A stretch of 64,000 nucleotides of DNA from an uncultured delta proteobacterium (GTDB lineage Bacteria; Myxococcota_A; Polyangia; Polyangiales; Polyangiaceae): the NCBI GenBank assembly GCA_963841435.1, contig CAWJCS010000003.1:256001-320000 (forward strand), written 5' to 3'. Within the stretch, counting starts at the first letter, position 1, and the number at the start of each line of letters is the position of its first letter. The notes under the pieces were generated by a model that worked only from the letters and a program-made list of their open reading frames with translations, was not told where the DNA came from and did not search any database. Positions 29,596-40,309 of this stretch are shown here, one piece after another. The translations under genes and the position numbers were made by a program.

Positions 29596-31013
29596 CTACT
29601 CGAATCTCAGGGAGGGATAGGGCGACAGCCGAGCGTCGAATTGCCACACCGTCGCGAAATCCCAGCTGGAAAAGCTCGATGGCGAGCGCATCTGGGCGTC
29701 GGACAGCGCCGTGCCCAGCGTGCCGGGCAGCGTGTCGAGGAAGTAGCTCGAGGTGAGCACGTAGTCGCTGCCCGCATCGACGATGCCAATCAGCCCGTCG
29801 GGATTCGTGCTCGAGAGCACCGCCGCCGCAGCGTACGAATTCGTGATCACGATTTCGGTACCCGTGATGTCGCCCACCAAGCCGGCCGCGGCGTCAGGGC
29901 TCGTGACGGAGGGCGAGCGCGCGTAGCAGTTGACGACGTCACCCTGGAACAAGCTGCCAATCAGGCCGCCGACGGAGCCGTCGGTCCCCACCACCTCGCC
30001 GACCGCGAACGACTCCTCGACCAGCGCGGTGCCCGACTGCCGGCCAATGAGGCCCCCGACCCGGCGCGCGCCGTTGACCGTGGCCGAGCTCCACGAGCGC
30101 CGCACCTGGCCATTCTCGTTCACCCCCATCAGGCCGCCCACGTGATTGCCGCCGCTCGTGATGGTGCCGGCGGCCGAGCAGTCCTCGACCAGCCCGTGGT
30201 TGTTGCCGATGAGGAGGCCCCCGTGGTCGGGCAGAGCCAGGGTGGCGTCAACGTGCACGCCCCGGAGCGTCCCGCCGTTGCCATGCGCGAGAAGCCCCCA
30301 GCCGTACGACTCGGCACTCGCGTCCGCCGCGCCGGACAGGTCGAGATCACGCACGACACCCCCCGTTTCGAACGTCGTAAAATAGTGCCCAGTCGAACGT
30401 GCGAGATCCGGTGTCGGCGGCCGTCGAGCGTGCCGATGAAAGGATCCGAGACGCCGCCGATGCTGCCGAGCGGTGCCGAAAGCTCCGCCAGATCGAGGTC
30501 GTCGCCGAGCGCGTAATGCTGGTCGAGGCCGTAGCCACCGGTGCCCACCAGCGTGAGCTGAATGGGCAGGCAGACGAGGTAGGGCTCCGTTGTCGTCCCC
30601 GCGCCCTGCAGCGCGCTCGGGGTGGCGGTGTCGCAGCGCGCGTCGCGCATCGGTCCGGGCTCGCCGTCGCTGCCCCCTTCGCCACCCGCACCCGCGGAGG
30701 TGGGAACGCCGCCCTCCCCCGCGCCCAGGTTCCCGCCGCTCCCGGCGCCGCCGCCCCGACCGCCGCGGCCTCCCGCACTGTCGCCACCCTGAGGCTCGCC
30801 AGCCTCGCCGGCGGACGTGCCGGACGTTCCCCCGGACCCACCGGTCGTCGCGCCAGCACCCGACCTGCCCGCTGAACCGGAGCTTCCGGCCGTGCCTCCG
30901 GCGCCCGCGTGCGCGCCACCGGTCGCCAACTCGTCATCCCCGCACGCCGGGGCGGTGACGGCCAGTGCACCAACCATCACGACCCGTAGCTTCGCCGACC
31001 TGAGCCCTCGCAC
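29596..31013 (-). pseudogene. GLUG-motif lipoprotein, frameshifted at ~30355-30395
   Basis: GAAGGAGG RBS + GTG 31013, APAC, Gly linker, GAGTTTEPYLV, YALGDDLDL, FIGTLDG; then VGGLMGVN/VGGLIG repeats and WDFATVW...YPSL in another frame. Confidence 0.75.
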
Positions 31014-31263
31014 GATGCCTCCTTCGATCTCACGGATCTTCCGCCTCTGCAACGGGAGCCCTGGACGGTCGGGCCTTCCCCACGACAACGCTACACGCGG
31101 GTTGGATCTCATCACTCGCGCGAGAATAGAGGGCTGCGCAGTGCCGTCTCCCATAGGCGACCCGGCCTATTGTCCGATACCGCAGCCGCGCGTAGCCACC
31201 CAGGTATGAGCCGGGCTCAGTCAGTGACGCGACGCCACGCGCCGGAGCGGCGCGAGAAGTGAT

Positions 31264-32700
31264 GTGATGAGAGCGCATTATCGAAGGTTTGCATTCTGGC
31301 AGCGGTGCGGAGGCCTGGGGTTGCTCTTCACGCTCTCGGGCTGCACCTCCGATGACGCGGGCACGTCGAGCTCCGGCGGAGCCGCCGCCACGGGTGGCAG
31401 CGAGACGGGCGGAACGGTCAGCTCCGGCGGAGCCACCGCCACGGGTGGCAGCGGGACGGGCGGAACGGTCAGCTCCGGCGGAGCCACCGCCACGGGTGGC
31501 AGCGGGACGGGCGGAACGGTCAGCTCCGGCGGAGCCGCCGCCACGGGTGGCAGCGGGATGGGCGGCAGCGCCGCGGGTGGTGAGAGCGGCGGCGGGTCGC
31601 CCGCGGGCGGCTCTGGGGGTGCGGCTCAGGGGGGCGCGGGGGCCATGGCGGGAGGCGGCGGCTCTTCGGATGCCGGTGCGGCAGGCGCGGGGGCCATGGC
31701 GGGAGGCGGCGGCTCCTCGGATGCAGGTGCGGTGGGCTCCGGCTCAGGCGGAAGCTCGGCGGGAGCCGGCAGCACCGTGGACGCCACCATCATCCCCGAC
31801 CCCGGCTGGGCGTGCGGCATGAAGGACGGCATTCCACCGCCCACGAAGGGCACGCTTGCCTTCACCATCACGCTGAACATCCGGGCCGAGCACGACGTGG
31901 GCAAAACGCCCTACGGCAACCGGCGCCTACTCGACGTGAGTGGCGGAACCATCGCGGGCGCCCGTCTCCAGGGGACGGTGGTGACCGGCGGTCTCGAATA
32001 CGAGCTCACCCTCGACAACGGCGTCATGGAATACCAGGGGATCAACGTTCTGGAGACCAGCGCGGGCCGGATCTTCGTGCGCAGCTGCGGCGTAGCTCGC
32101 GACAAGGACTCGGACGCTCGCATCATCCCCGATTTCGAGGCCACCACGAGCGGAGCCAACGCCTTTCTCAACACGGGGAAATGGGTGGCGACCCGCGAGC
32201 TGACGAGCGGGATGATGAAGCTCGACGTCTACGACGTCTCTTCCGTGACGCCGGGCGAGCCGCTCGTCGAGCTCAAAAAGCCCACTGGGGTGCCTCCACA
32301 GCCGTGGGAATGCAACCTGACCAAGGGCACTCAAGGCGCGCAGGTGTTCACCGAGAACGTCTCCCTGGGAGGGTCCTACGGCATCAACAACGCCAAGTAC
32401 GGATCCCGCAACATCATCCCCATCACCGGTGGGACCACCACCGGCAAGGTCACCGGTATGATCCTCAACGGCGGTGCCGACTATCAGCTCTCTGGCTCAC
32501 TGGACGCCTGGTACACCCTCGCTCCGGACAATGGCGAATTCATCCTGGTCAGGAATTGCGGCGCCACAGGGGGGCTCATCCCGTGGTTCGAGGCCAAGGT
32601 CAACGGCGCCTACGACTTCCTCAACACTCAGGCCTACCTGAGCTCCCCCCCAGGGGTCGGCGGCGGGGGTGTGTCCATTACGTTCTACGACCGAAAATGA
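31264..32700 (+). CDS. Lipoprotein with repeat linker and tandem DUF3237-like domains
   Basis: LSGC lipobox, 51-bp repeats, VGKTPYGNRRLLDVSGGTI.G.RLQGTV and GSRNIIPITGGT.TGKVTG.ILNGGADYQ. Confidence 0.8.
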   Translation: MMRAHYRRFAFWQRCGGLGLLFTLSGCTSDDAGTSSSGGAAATGGSETGGTVSSGGATATGGSGTGGTVSSGGATATGGSGTGGTVSSGGAAATGGSGMGGSAAGGESGGGSPAGGSGGAAQGGAGAMAGGGGSSDAGAAGAGAMAGGGGSSDAGAVGSGSGGSSAGAGSTVDATIIPDPGWACGMKDGIPPPTKGTLAFTITLNIRAEHDVGKTPYGNRRLLDVSGGTIAGARLQGTVVTGGLEYELTLDNGVMEYQGINVLETSAGRIFVRSCGVARDKDSDARIIPDFEATTSGANAFLNTGKWVATRELTSGMMKLDVYDVSSVTPGEPLVELKKPTGVPPQPWECNLTKGTQGAQVFTENVSLGGSYGINNAKYGSRNIIPITGGTTTGKVTGMILNGGADYQLSGSLDAWYTLAPDNGEFILVRNCGATGGLIPWFEAKVNGAYDFLNTQAYLSSPPGVGGGGVSITFYDRK

Positions 32701-32763
32701 CGAGCCGGGTCCGGGCTCATCGAGCGCGAGGACTCGCGCGGGCGCCGCCACGACGGACGTAGG

Positions 32764-33507
32764 TTATCCCGGCAGAACCCCGAGCTCCCGGAGCCCAGGC
32801 AGGATCACCCCGTCGATCGCCTCGTCCACGGCTCCGCCGACGACCTCGGACGAAAGGTACCCGAGCGCATGCAGCGCGGGATCCCCCACCCGGCTCGTGG
32901 ACTGCCACACCAAACGGACGAGCCGCGTCATCTCCGGAACGTAGCCTGCGAGCATCGATCGGTCCCGCGCGCCGAGCCCCGGCCAACCGAGCAGCGCCCA
33001 ACCGAGCCGCGAATGCCCGACTTCTTCCGACAGGTGCTGCTGGTTCAACCGCCGCGCGCTCGGCACCGTGATGAGCTGATGCGAAGCCCTGAGCACGTGC
33101 ACGGCCACGGTCTCGCTGAAACAACAGCCGAATACCGTGCGCAGCAGGCGATTGTCGTGCGCCGACGCTCCCTCGAGCTCGAGTGGCCGCGTGCCGGTGA
33201 GCTCCGGCAGCACGGAGCGCTCCCCGTCCACGAGCCGCGCCCAGCGCTGACAGTAGTCAACGTGCCGGTGCTCGTCCGAGATCGCCTTCTCGGCGAGCGC
33301 CGTCAGCTCGGCTGGAGCGCCCTCCACGTGCAGATCGTCCAGCATGAACTCGAACGTCAGGGCCGTCGTCAGCTCCCCACTCGCGCGGTCAACCCAGTAG
33401 GCGTGGAGCTTGTCTCGCTGAGCGGAGGAGAGCCCAGCCAAGGCGTCGCGCGTCTCGGGCTTCTCGAGCTCTCGATCGATCTGCCGGTAGACGGCAGGCA
33501 AGCTCAC
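32764..33507 (-). CDS. Ferritin-like (diiron) domain protein
   Basis: GTG overlaps the upstream TGA; W..RASGE, SDEHRH, CCFSET, EEVGH (two E...ExxH half-sites). No signal peptide. Confidence 0.85.
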   Translation of the reverse strand: MSLPAVYRQIDRELEKPETRDALAGLSSAQRDKLHAYWVDRASGELTTALTFEFMLDDLHVEGAPAELTALAEKAISDEHRHVDYCQRWARLVDGERSVLPELTGTRPLELEGASAHDNRLLRTVFGCCFSETVAVHVLRASHQLITVPSARRLNQQHLSEEVGHSRLGWALLGWPGLGARDRSMLAGYVPEMTRLVRLVWQSTSRVGDPALHALGYLSSEVVGGAVDEAIDGVILPGLRELGVLPG

Positions 33508-34118
33508 TTCAAGATCCCGGTGAAGGCGCAGGGACACAGCGTGACGCCTTCGTCGCAGCGGATCGCGCTGACCTTGGTGCCGGACGAAAGGCTCACGCAC
33601 GGGCCGCACATGGATTCGTCCACCACGCATTCGCAGTTCACCGGGAGCTGACTCCCGCGGGCCGTCACAGCGAGCTGACAGAGAAACTGGGCGCCCGGCT
33701 CGCAGTCGTCGGGGCCCCGAGGGCGAGACGGATCGACCGGACAGCTTTCCGCGACCTCGACCCCGTAGCCGTAGCCCGCGAGCGGGCCGCTCGTGTAGTC
33801 GCACGACATGACGAGACCCCGGCAGTCCCACTGCGCCGTGACGCTGGCATCGGGCGGGATCTCGCCACCGCCGGCTCCCGCAGCCCCACCCGCGGCGCCG
33901 ACGCCGGTTCCGCCGCTGAGAGCGATGACGCCGCCGCTTCCGGCACCGGAAGAGCCGCCGCCCGCCCCGCTGCTCCCACCCGTCGGTTGGGGACCGCCCG
34001 CGCTGCCGGCGTCGTCCGTCTCGCCGTGCGTGACCGACTCACCGCCGCAGTGCGCTGCGGCGAGGCCCGCGCCCACCACGACCAGGGTGTGAAAGAGGCG
34101 GGAGCTTTGGCGTGTCAT
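33504..34118 (-). CDS. 12-Cys domain lipoprotein, paralog 2
   Basis: ATG overlaps the upstream TGA; LFHTLVVVGAGLAAAHC, Gly linker, QWDC...CPVD..RP....C...VNCEC...CPCAFTGILK. Confidence 0.8.
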   Translation of the reverse strand: MTRQSSRLFHTLVVVGAGLAAAHCGGESVTHGETDDAGSAGGPQPTGGSSGAGGGSSGAGSGGVIALSGGTGVGAAGGAAGAGGGEIPPDASVTAQWDCRGLVMSCDYTSGPLAGYGYGVEVAESCPVDPSRPRGPDDCEPGAQFLCQLAVTARGSQLPVNCECVVDESMCGPCVSLSSGTKVSAIRCDEGVTLCPCAFTGILK

Positions 34119-34684
34119 TTGGGGATGAGGATGCCGGTGATGGCGCAAGGGCAGACCTTGCTGGCGCCGTCACAGAACCCCTCGATCGGTCTGGGCGTGA
34201 AGGGGCTCACGCACGTGCAGTCTGCCGCGACGGGCTCGCAGCTGCAGTTCACGAGCAGGGGCTCATCGGAGACCGTGACGACCAGGTGGCAAGTGAAGCG
34301 CTCGTCGGACGCGCAGTCGGACGCGTCGCGGGGGCGGTCCAACTCGACCGGGCACGCATCGGCGAGCAGCTGCCAGGCCGAGGGCGGGGGGCCGCTGCAA
34401 GCGCCAACGAGATCCGTGCAATTCCATTGAGCCTCGGAGCCAGGCTCGGGGATGCCCGCGCTACCCGCGGCGCCACCGGGCGCGGGCTCCCCGGCACTTC
34501 CCGCGCTGCCGCCGGCCGTTCCCGCGCTTCCGCCGGCCGTTCCCGCGCTCCCGCCGGCCGTTCCCGCGCTCCCGCCGTCGCCGGCACCTCCGGCGGGGGT
34601 GCCCTTGCGATCCGAGCGGCCCGCGCAAGCGGCCACGGAAAGGCTCGCGCCGACGACGACGAGGGCGTGGAAAAAATGCGCCAT
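34115..34684 (-). CDS. 12-Cys domain lipoprotein, paralog 1
   Basis: FFHALVVVGASLSVAAC, (GGSAGTA)n linker, QWNC...CPVE..RP....C...VNCSC...CPCAITGILIPK. Alternative GTG start at 34702. Confidence 0.8.
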   Translation of the reverse strand: MAHFFHALVVVGASLSVAACAGRSDRKGTPAGGAGDGGSAGTAGGSAGTAGGSAGTAGGSAGSAGEPAPGGAAGSAGIPEPGSEAQWNCTDLVGACSGPPPSAWQLLADACPVELDRPRDASDCASDERFTCHLVVTVSDEPLLVNCSCEPVAADCTCVSPFTPRPIEGFCDGASKVCPCAITGILIPK

Positions 34685-34958
34685 GGATTTTGCCTGCCGC
34701 ACCTAGTGTCGGCCCCAACTCCCTTCCGTCGAAGGAAATCCGCAGGGGCCCCGGCGAGGACCGCGAAAGAACGTGGGCCGAGGGACTCGGCCGCTCGGAC
34801 GACTAGCGCGGGCAAAGTTCCCCTGATCACGCGCGGCGATCGAGCTTCCGTCCAAGCACACCGCGCTCCTGGAGTGGCCGAGGCTCAGTGGGGCAACGCA
34901 GCGTTGGTGTGGCCGTCGCGCGACGAGATCGGCCGCGCGCTGCAGCGGGCCGACCGCG

Positions 34959-35927
34959 TCAACCGCGCGGGGCAACCCTCGCCGCGAGGCGATCGAACAC
35001 GGTCCAGAATTGGGAGCGATATCCGTCGACCTCCATCAGGATCTCGTGGAACGCCGAGGGCACCTCGGCGTAGGTGCCGTCCTTTAGGCGCGCCGCGAAA
35101 CGACGGATCGGACCGTTGTTCACGACGTGGTCGTCGCCCGCCGCCACGACCGAAACCGGGCACGACAGGCGCTCGGCCGCAAAAGCTTCCGAGAGGCGCC
35201 CGCGGAGCTCGAGGCCAAACTTCAACCAGCGCCAGGTTGGCTCGCCGAGGCGAAGCTCGGGGTGAGCGCGGTAGAGTGCCAGCGCTTTCTCGTAGCGGGC
35301 CCGATCGTGCGTGAGAACGTTGTCTTCGAACGGCACGCCCAACGGATCGCTCTGCTTTCTCGCCAGATTCGTGCCGCGGCCGAGCGCGACGGCGACGGCG
35401 ACCACCGGGCGAGCCAGCCAGACGGGGATGCTGCCGGTCGAAAACTCCATCATCGGCGCGCACAGCACAGCGCCGTCGAAGTGGGCGATCCCGTCCGAAA
35501 GCGCCAGCGTGGTGAGCGCTGCGCCCATGGAATGCCCCATCGCGATCCAGGGTCGCGGCAAGTGCTCGGTTTGTGACGCCACAACGTCCGCGAAGTCCGA
35601 AAGGAAAGCGCCACAGCCCCCGACCACGTCACCGCGCAGGGGGTCGTCGAGAAAGCGCGTGGAGCACCCCTGCCCTGCCCAGTCGTGGAGCACGACGACG
35701 AAGCCGCGCGCCACGAGGTCGCGCGCCACCTCGCCGTACTTTTCGATCGGCTCGGTTCGACCAGGGCTGAAGACGACGGCCCCCCGCGGCAGCCCGCGCG
35801 GCGTGAAGCGCGCCACGCGCAGGCGTTAACCGGAGCTCGCGAATAGCCACTCCGCGGACCCTTCGGGCAGCTCGAACGCCCCCTGCACATGCCGGAGCGG
35901 CGCGGGCTCGGTTCGGAGCACGAGCAT
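34959..35927 (-). pseudogene. Lysophospholipase L2-like alpha/beta hydrolase with premature stop
   Basis: PGRTEPIEKY, DWAGQG, GHSMG, LTHDRARY, AFHEILME. An in-frame TAA at 35826 separates the N-terminal 33 codons; a restart at GTG 35816 is possible. Confidence 0.8.
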
Positions 35928-36200
35928 CCTCAGGGCCGCGCAGCACGATCCAGGCGCACGAGGAACACGCCGGGGCCATCTGCTCGCAGGAGATTGTCGT
36001 GGCCGAAGTCGGCAAGAAAGCCAATTGCCCTCACCGCGCCAGTGTATCGCGACTCGACGCCGACGCCCGGCGACTTGCTTCACGGCGTTTTACGACTCGG
36101 GTGGTTCCGTCGCGACGACCAGGGGGTTCTTCGCTTTGGTTGGACAGCACGCTCGCGGCGTGGAACGTCGACACGAGCACTTTTCCCGCGATTTCAAATC

Positions 36201-37745
36201 ATGCGCAGACTTATCGTTCCTGGCGTGCTGTTGGCGTCGCTCGCCATCGCGTGCGGTGGGACCGAGCCTGCTTCGTCGACGGCGAGCGGCGGAAACGGCG
36301 CAGCGGTCGGCGGCACGGCGAACGCTGGCGCGAGCGCGGGCACTTCGGCGCAGAGCGGCGGCGCGACGCAGAGCGGCGGCGCGGGCGGCAGTGCGGGCGC
36401 TGGTGCCACCCTTGGCGGAGCGGGGAACGGCGCGGGAGCGCCAGGTGGTAGCGGGGCGGGCGGAGCAGGAACGGGCGGCACCGAAACGGGCGGGGCCGGC
36501 ACGAGCGGCGCCGGAAGCAGCGGCGCTCCTTTCGGCAGTGCGGGCGACGCCGGAAGCAGCGGATCTCCGAGCGGCGGCGCGGGCGGCGACGCGAGCGGGG
36601 GGACGCAGAACGGCGGAACCGCGGGCGGAAGCGGAACCGCGGGCGGAAGCGGAACCGCGGGCGCCGGTGGCGCGGATCCCGGTAACCCGTGCACGAGCGG
36701 GACGGGCGGCGCCGCGACGAGCCTGCGCGACAAGTACGCGCCTTGTTTTCCGGTCGGCGCTGCCGTCGATGCTCAATCGTACATGACGCACGCGGCCTTG
36801 CTGACGAAGCACTTCAACAGTGTCACTGCCGAAAACGACATGAAGTTCGACGCGCTCGAGCCCAACGAAGGGCAGTTTACCTATGGGACGGCGGACAACA
36901 TCGTCAGCTTCGCGACGAGCAACGGGATGAAGGTCCGCGGCCACGCCCTGGTCTGGCACCGACAGACCCCGGCGTGGGTGTTCGCGAACGCCTCGAAGGA
37001 CGTGCTCCTACAGCGGATGCGGAATCACATCGACAACGTGATGAAGCATTTCAGCGGGAAGGTCTACGCCTGGGACGTCGTCAACGAAGCGATGATGGAG
37101 GACGGCGACTATCGTAAGGGCGACGAGACCAACGACGATCAGAAGAGCCAGTGGTACGCGCTCGCCGGCGCCGACTACATCGCGGAAGCGTTTCGCGCCG
37201 CGCGCGCGGCCGACCCCAACGCCAAGCTCTTTTACAACGACTACTACAACTACCTGCCGATCAAGCAGCAGGGCATCCACGACATGCTCAAGGGCCTCCT
37301 CGACCAGGGCGTGCCCGTCAACGGCGTCGGTCTGCAGTGCCACCTGAACATCGAGCCTTCCACGGACTCGACCAATCAGGCCTACTACCAAGCGGTCAAC
37401 CACCTCGAGGACGCCATCAAGCTCTACGCTTCGTTGGGCCTCGAAGTTCAGATCACCGAGCTCGACGTGTCGCTCTACATTCCCGGCATTACTTACACGT
37501 CGAGCCAGTTCTACACCGAGGCGACGTTCACCGACGCTCTGAAGACCCAGCAAGCAGCACGCTATCAGAGCTTTTTCGAGCTCTTCCGCAAGTACGCGGG
37601 CGTCGTCACGGGGGTGACGTTCTGGGGCGTCGCCGACGACAACACCTGGCTCTCCGAGTTCAGCTCCGGTCGCAAGGATTTTCCGCTGTTGTTCGACACG
37701 AGCCACCAGCCCAAGAAGGCCTACGACGCGGTCGTGAATTTCTGA
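36201..37745 (+). CDS. GH10 endo-1,4-beta-xylanase lipoprotein
   Basis: Lipobox-like AIAC, Gly linker, TAENDMK, RGHALVWH.QTP, WDVVNE, LFYNDY, GLQCH, ITELD, TFWG, PLLFD. Confidence 0.95.
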   Translation: MRRLIVPGVLLASLAIACGGTEPASSTASGGNGAAVGGTANAGASAGTSAQSGGATQSGGAGGSAGAGATLGGAGNGAGAPGGSGAGGAGTGGTETGGAGTSGAGSSGAPFGSAGDAGSSGSPSGGAGGDASGGTQNGGTAGGSGTAGGSGTAGAGGADPGNPCTSGTGGAATSLRDKYAPCFPVGAAVDAQSYMTHAALLTKHFNSVTAENDMKFDALEPNEGQFTYGTADNIVSFATSNGMKVRGHALVWHRQTPAWVFANASKDVLLQRMRNHIDNVMKHFSGKVYAWDVVNEAMMEDGDYRKGDETNDDQKSQWYALAGADYIAEAFRAARAADPNAKLFYNDYYNYLPIKQQGIHDMLKGLLDQGVPVNGVGLQCHLNIEPSTDSTNQAYYQAVNHLEDAIKLYASLGLEVQITELDVSLYIPGITYTSSQFYTEATFTDALKTQQAARYQSFFELFRKYAGVVTGVTFWGVADDNTWLSEFSSGRKDFPLLFDTSHQPKKAYDAVVNF

Positions 37746-37818
37746 GCCTGCAGCTCTCTCACTGCCGAGCTGCAGGCGTCCCGCTCGGGTGCTGGACGCC
37801 AGAGGAGGCGCGAGCTAC

Positions 37819-38523
37819 ATGCCCGCCATGCGGATCTCGGACCCCAAGCTCGAGAAGCAGTTCATCAAGCGTATTCTGGCCAAACCCCTGGCCAATCGCG
37901 TCGTCGAGCTCGCGACGCACCCTCTCGCTTCGCTGAGAAAGGTGCGAGATCGTTGGTACGAGACCTCCCATCCGGGGTACCCGCTGCTGACGCCCGGCGC
38001 GAACGAGTTCCTCGAGCGGAATATCACCGGTGAAATGGTCGGCTTCGAGTGGGGGAGCGGCGGGAGCACGCTCTGGTTCGCGCGCCATAGCAAGCGCCTG
38101 ATCAGCATCGAGCACGACGAGCGCTGGCATCGCGAGATCGGTCGGCAGCTGCAAGCGCTGGGCCTCACCAACGTGGACTATCGGCACGTGCCACTCGATC
38201 ACGAGGAGTCGGCGCCGACCGTTCCCGTGTACGAGGTACAGCCGCGCTATGTGGCCGAGATCGCGGCGATGCCCGACGAGAGCTTCGACTACTGCCTGAT
38301 CGACGGTCACTACCGACAGGCCTGCCTGCTGGCGGCGTTGCCCAAGGTCCGTGTGGGCGGGCTGCTCGTGGTGGACGACACGCACTGGATGCCGCTCGAG
38401 CGCTGGGGAGTCCCCGCAAGCTGGGAGATCGCCGCCCAGAAGCCGAGCAGCATGAAGACGACGACCATCCTGAGAAAGCCCGCACCGACCACGGCGAGGG
38501 TGGCAGCCGACTCGGCTCGCTGA
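37819..38523 (+). CDS. Class I SAM-dependent methyltransferase-like protein
   Basis: FEWGSGGST, SIEHDERW, FDYCLIDG, GGLLVVDD; GGAGG RBS. Confidence 0.85.
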   Translation: MPAMRISDPKLEKQFIKRILAKPLANRVVELATHPLASLRKVRDRWYETSHPGYPLLTPGANEFLERNITGEMVGFEWGSGGSTLWFARHSKRLISIEHDERWHREIGRQLQALGLTNVDYRHVPLDHEESAPTVPVYEVQPRYVAEIAAMPDESFDYCLIDGHYRQACLLAALPKVRVGGLLVVDDTHWMPLERWGVPASWEIAAQKPSSMKTTTILRKPAPTTARVAADSAR

Positions 38524-38691
38524 GCGAACGCCAGCCTGCAAATCCAGCTCGCGACGCGTTCGATCGGCTTGAGGCGAGCGCTCACGCGCCCCTGCAGCAG
38601 GCGTGACCCGGTCGGTGGTCCTGGCTCACTCGTGAGCGGAGCTCGGCCTCAACTGGCGAAGATGCGCGGGCACACGAGCCCGGCTCCTGCT

Positions 38692-39705
38692 CTATCGGAC
38701 GGCCCGGCGTCGCCGCCCGTGCCCCCATCGCGCCAGCATTGCCGCAGCAAAGAGCGCACCAATCGCGCCGTTCGGCCTTGCGCCCGTGCTCACGGTGCAA
38801 CCCGCGGCCTGCCCGGATGAGGTTCCAGCGGGCTCGCGCTCTTCGACGGGGGTCGCGCCGACGGCGACGAATGCACGGCGCACGAGTGCGGCGTAGGGCG
38901 CCACTTTCACGAAGAGGTGGCGCTGTCCCGCTTCCTCGCACGCGTCGGCGACCGTTCCCCTCGAGTAGACGCCGACGACGGCCCCGCTGTCCGCGGCGAA
39001 CGCCGGGCCTCCCTCGTCGCCCGCGCACGGGCCGTCATCGGTCACGAACATGCGCGGCGTGATGACCCCTGTACCCTGGGTGGTGTCGTCGGGCCCGACG
39101 CCGAGCACGCGAACGCCGTCCCGCCGTGCGCGAACGAAGGGGCCAGGCGTGGGTGGCCCCTCCCCGTAACCCATGACCGTCAAGGTTTCGCCGAGCGAAA
39201 CGTCCCGCTCGAGACGCAGTGCCGCTGGCGGCGCGGGCAAATCGCGATCGAGGGCCACGAGCGCTATGTCATCGATGCAAAGCTCGGTCGAGCCGGAGCC
39301 GAAGATCTCCATGCCGTAGGCCGCCGGTTCCATCTGGGCAGCGCTGGGACCGAAATACGCCGCGACGTCACTCGGGGGAACCGGCTCGGCCAGCCACCCG
39401 CTGCCGTCGTCAGGGGGACTGAGGCTGCCATCGGATTCGCATCGGAACGGCTTGGCCACGGATGGCGCCACGCAATGCAGGGCCGTGAGCACGAGGTTCG
39501 GCGCGACCAGAGTACCCGTGCAGACCCGACCCACATAAGGCATGGGGGCCGTCATCTGGATCTGAACGACCGCATTGTCAGCCTCTCCGGATAGCTCGCC
39601 GCCGGCGATGGCGGTGCGCTCGGTCGCCGTGGGGAAATCCGACGGCGCGCCGCAAGCCGCGAGGCTCAGGCCGAGAACGGACGCGAGTCGCACCGAGACG
39701 CTCAT
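38692..39705 (-). CDS. Trypsin-like (S1) protein with catalytic Ser replaced, lipobox and MYXO-CTERM-like tail
   Basis: LAAC, IAGG, CTGTLVAPNLVLTALHC, DDIAL, CAGDEGGP; tail GCTV...hydrophobic...RRRR. Confidence 0.85.
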   Translation of the reverse strand: MSVSVRLASVLGLSLAACGAPSDFPTATERTAIAGGELSGEADNAVVQIQMTAPMPYVGRVCTGTLVAPNLVLTALHCVAPSVAKPFRCESDGSLSPPDDGSGWLAEPVPPSDVAAYFGPSAAQMEPAAYGMEIFGSGSTELCIDDIALVALDRDLPAPPAALRLERDVSLGETLTVMGYGEGPPTPGPFVRARRDGVRVLGVGPDDTTQGTGVITPRMFVTDDGPCAGDEGGPAFAADSGAVVGVYSRGTVADACEEAGQRHLFVKVAPYAALVRRAFVAVGATPVEEREPAGTSSGQAAGCTVSTGARPNGAIGALFAAAMLARWGHGRRRRAVR

Positions 39706-39751
39706 CCGTTTGGCCCTGGCACGCGGCCGCGCGCGCGGCAATAAAGTCCTC

Positions 39752-40249
39752 TCAGGGATTGGTCCCAATACGGCCAAGCTTGCGCCGGGCCCGCGTGACG
39801 GTCGTCGAGACGGTCGAGATCGCGACGCCCAGGGTGGCGGCGATGACTTTGTTCGCCTGGCCTTGCTCGACCAGGGACAGGACCTCGACCTCGCGCGGGG
39901 AAAGGCTGCAGCCGCTTCGGCGCGGCGCGGCGCGGCCGACTCCCAGGACGGCCCGAAGCTCCCGACGACTCGCCACACCGAGCTTCCGGTACGCGGCGTG
40001 GAGCTGGTTGGCGGTGGTATGCAGGGACGTGCCGCGGAGCTCCGCCACGTGCTGGTTGGAGAAACCACGCGTGGCAAGCTCCACGGCTTGGCGCTCCGCC
40101 GGAGTGAGGACGTTCGTCGCAGAGGCTCGCTCGCCGTCGGGGTCGACCGTGTCGAACATGGGGGCCGACAGCCCGAAGAGCACAGGGCGTGCCGCCCCGT
40201 TGGTGGCCAAGAAGCGGCCGCGCGCGTGCACCGAGCGTGTGCGCCGCAC
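39752..40249 (-). CDS. Tandem LuxR-type HTH regulator
   Basis: LTPAERQAVELATRGFSNQHVA...YRKLGV and LSPREVEVLSLVEQGQANKVIA...RRKLG. Start uncertain, possibly truncated. Confidence 0.75.
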   Translation of the reverse strand: MRRTRSVHARGRFLATNGAARPVLFGLSAPMFDTVDPDGERASATNVLTPAERQAVELATRGFSNQHVAELRGTSLHTTANQLHAAYRKLGVASRRELRAVLGVGRAAPRRSGCSLSPREVEVLSLVEQGQANKVIAATLGVAISTVSTTVTRARRKLGRIGTNP

Positions 40250-40309
40250 AGGTCATGGTGCCCCGCAGCGGTGTGACGTCCGCCGCGAACCCGGGTGGGA
40301 GACGACGCG

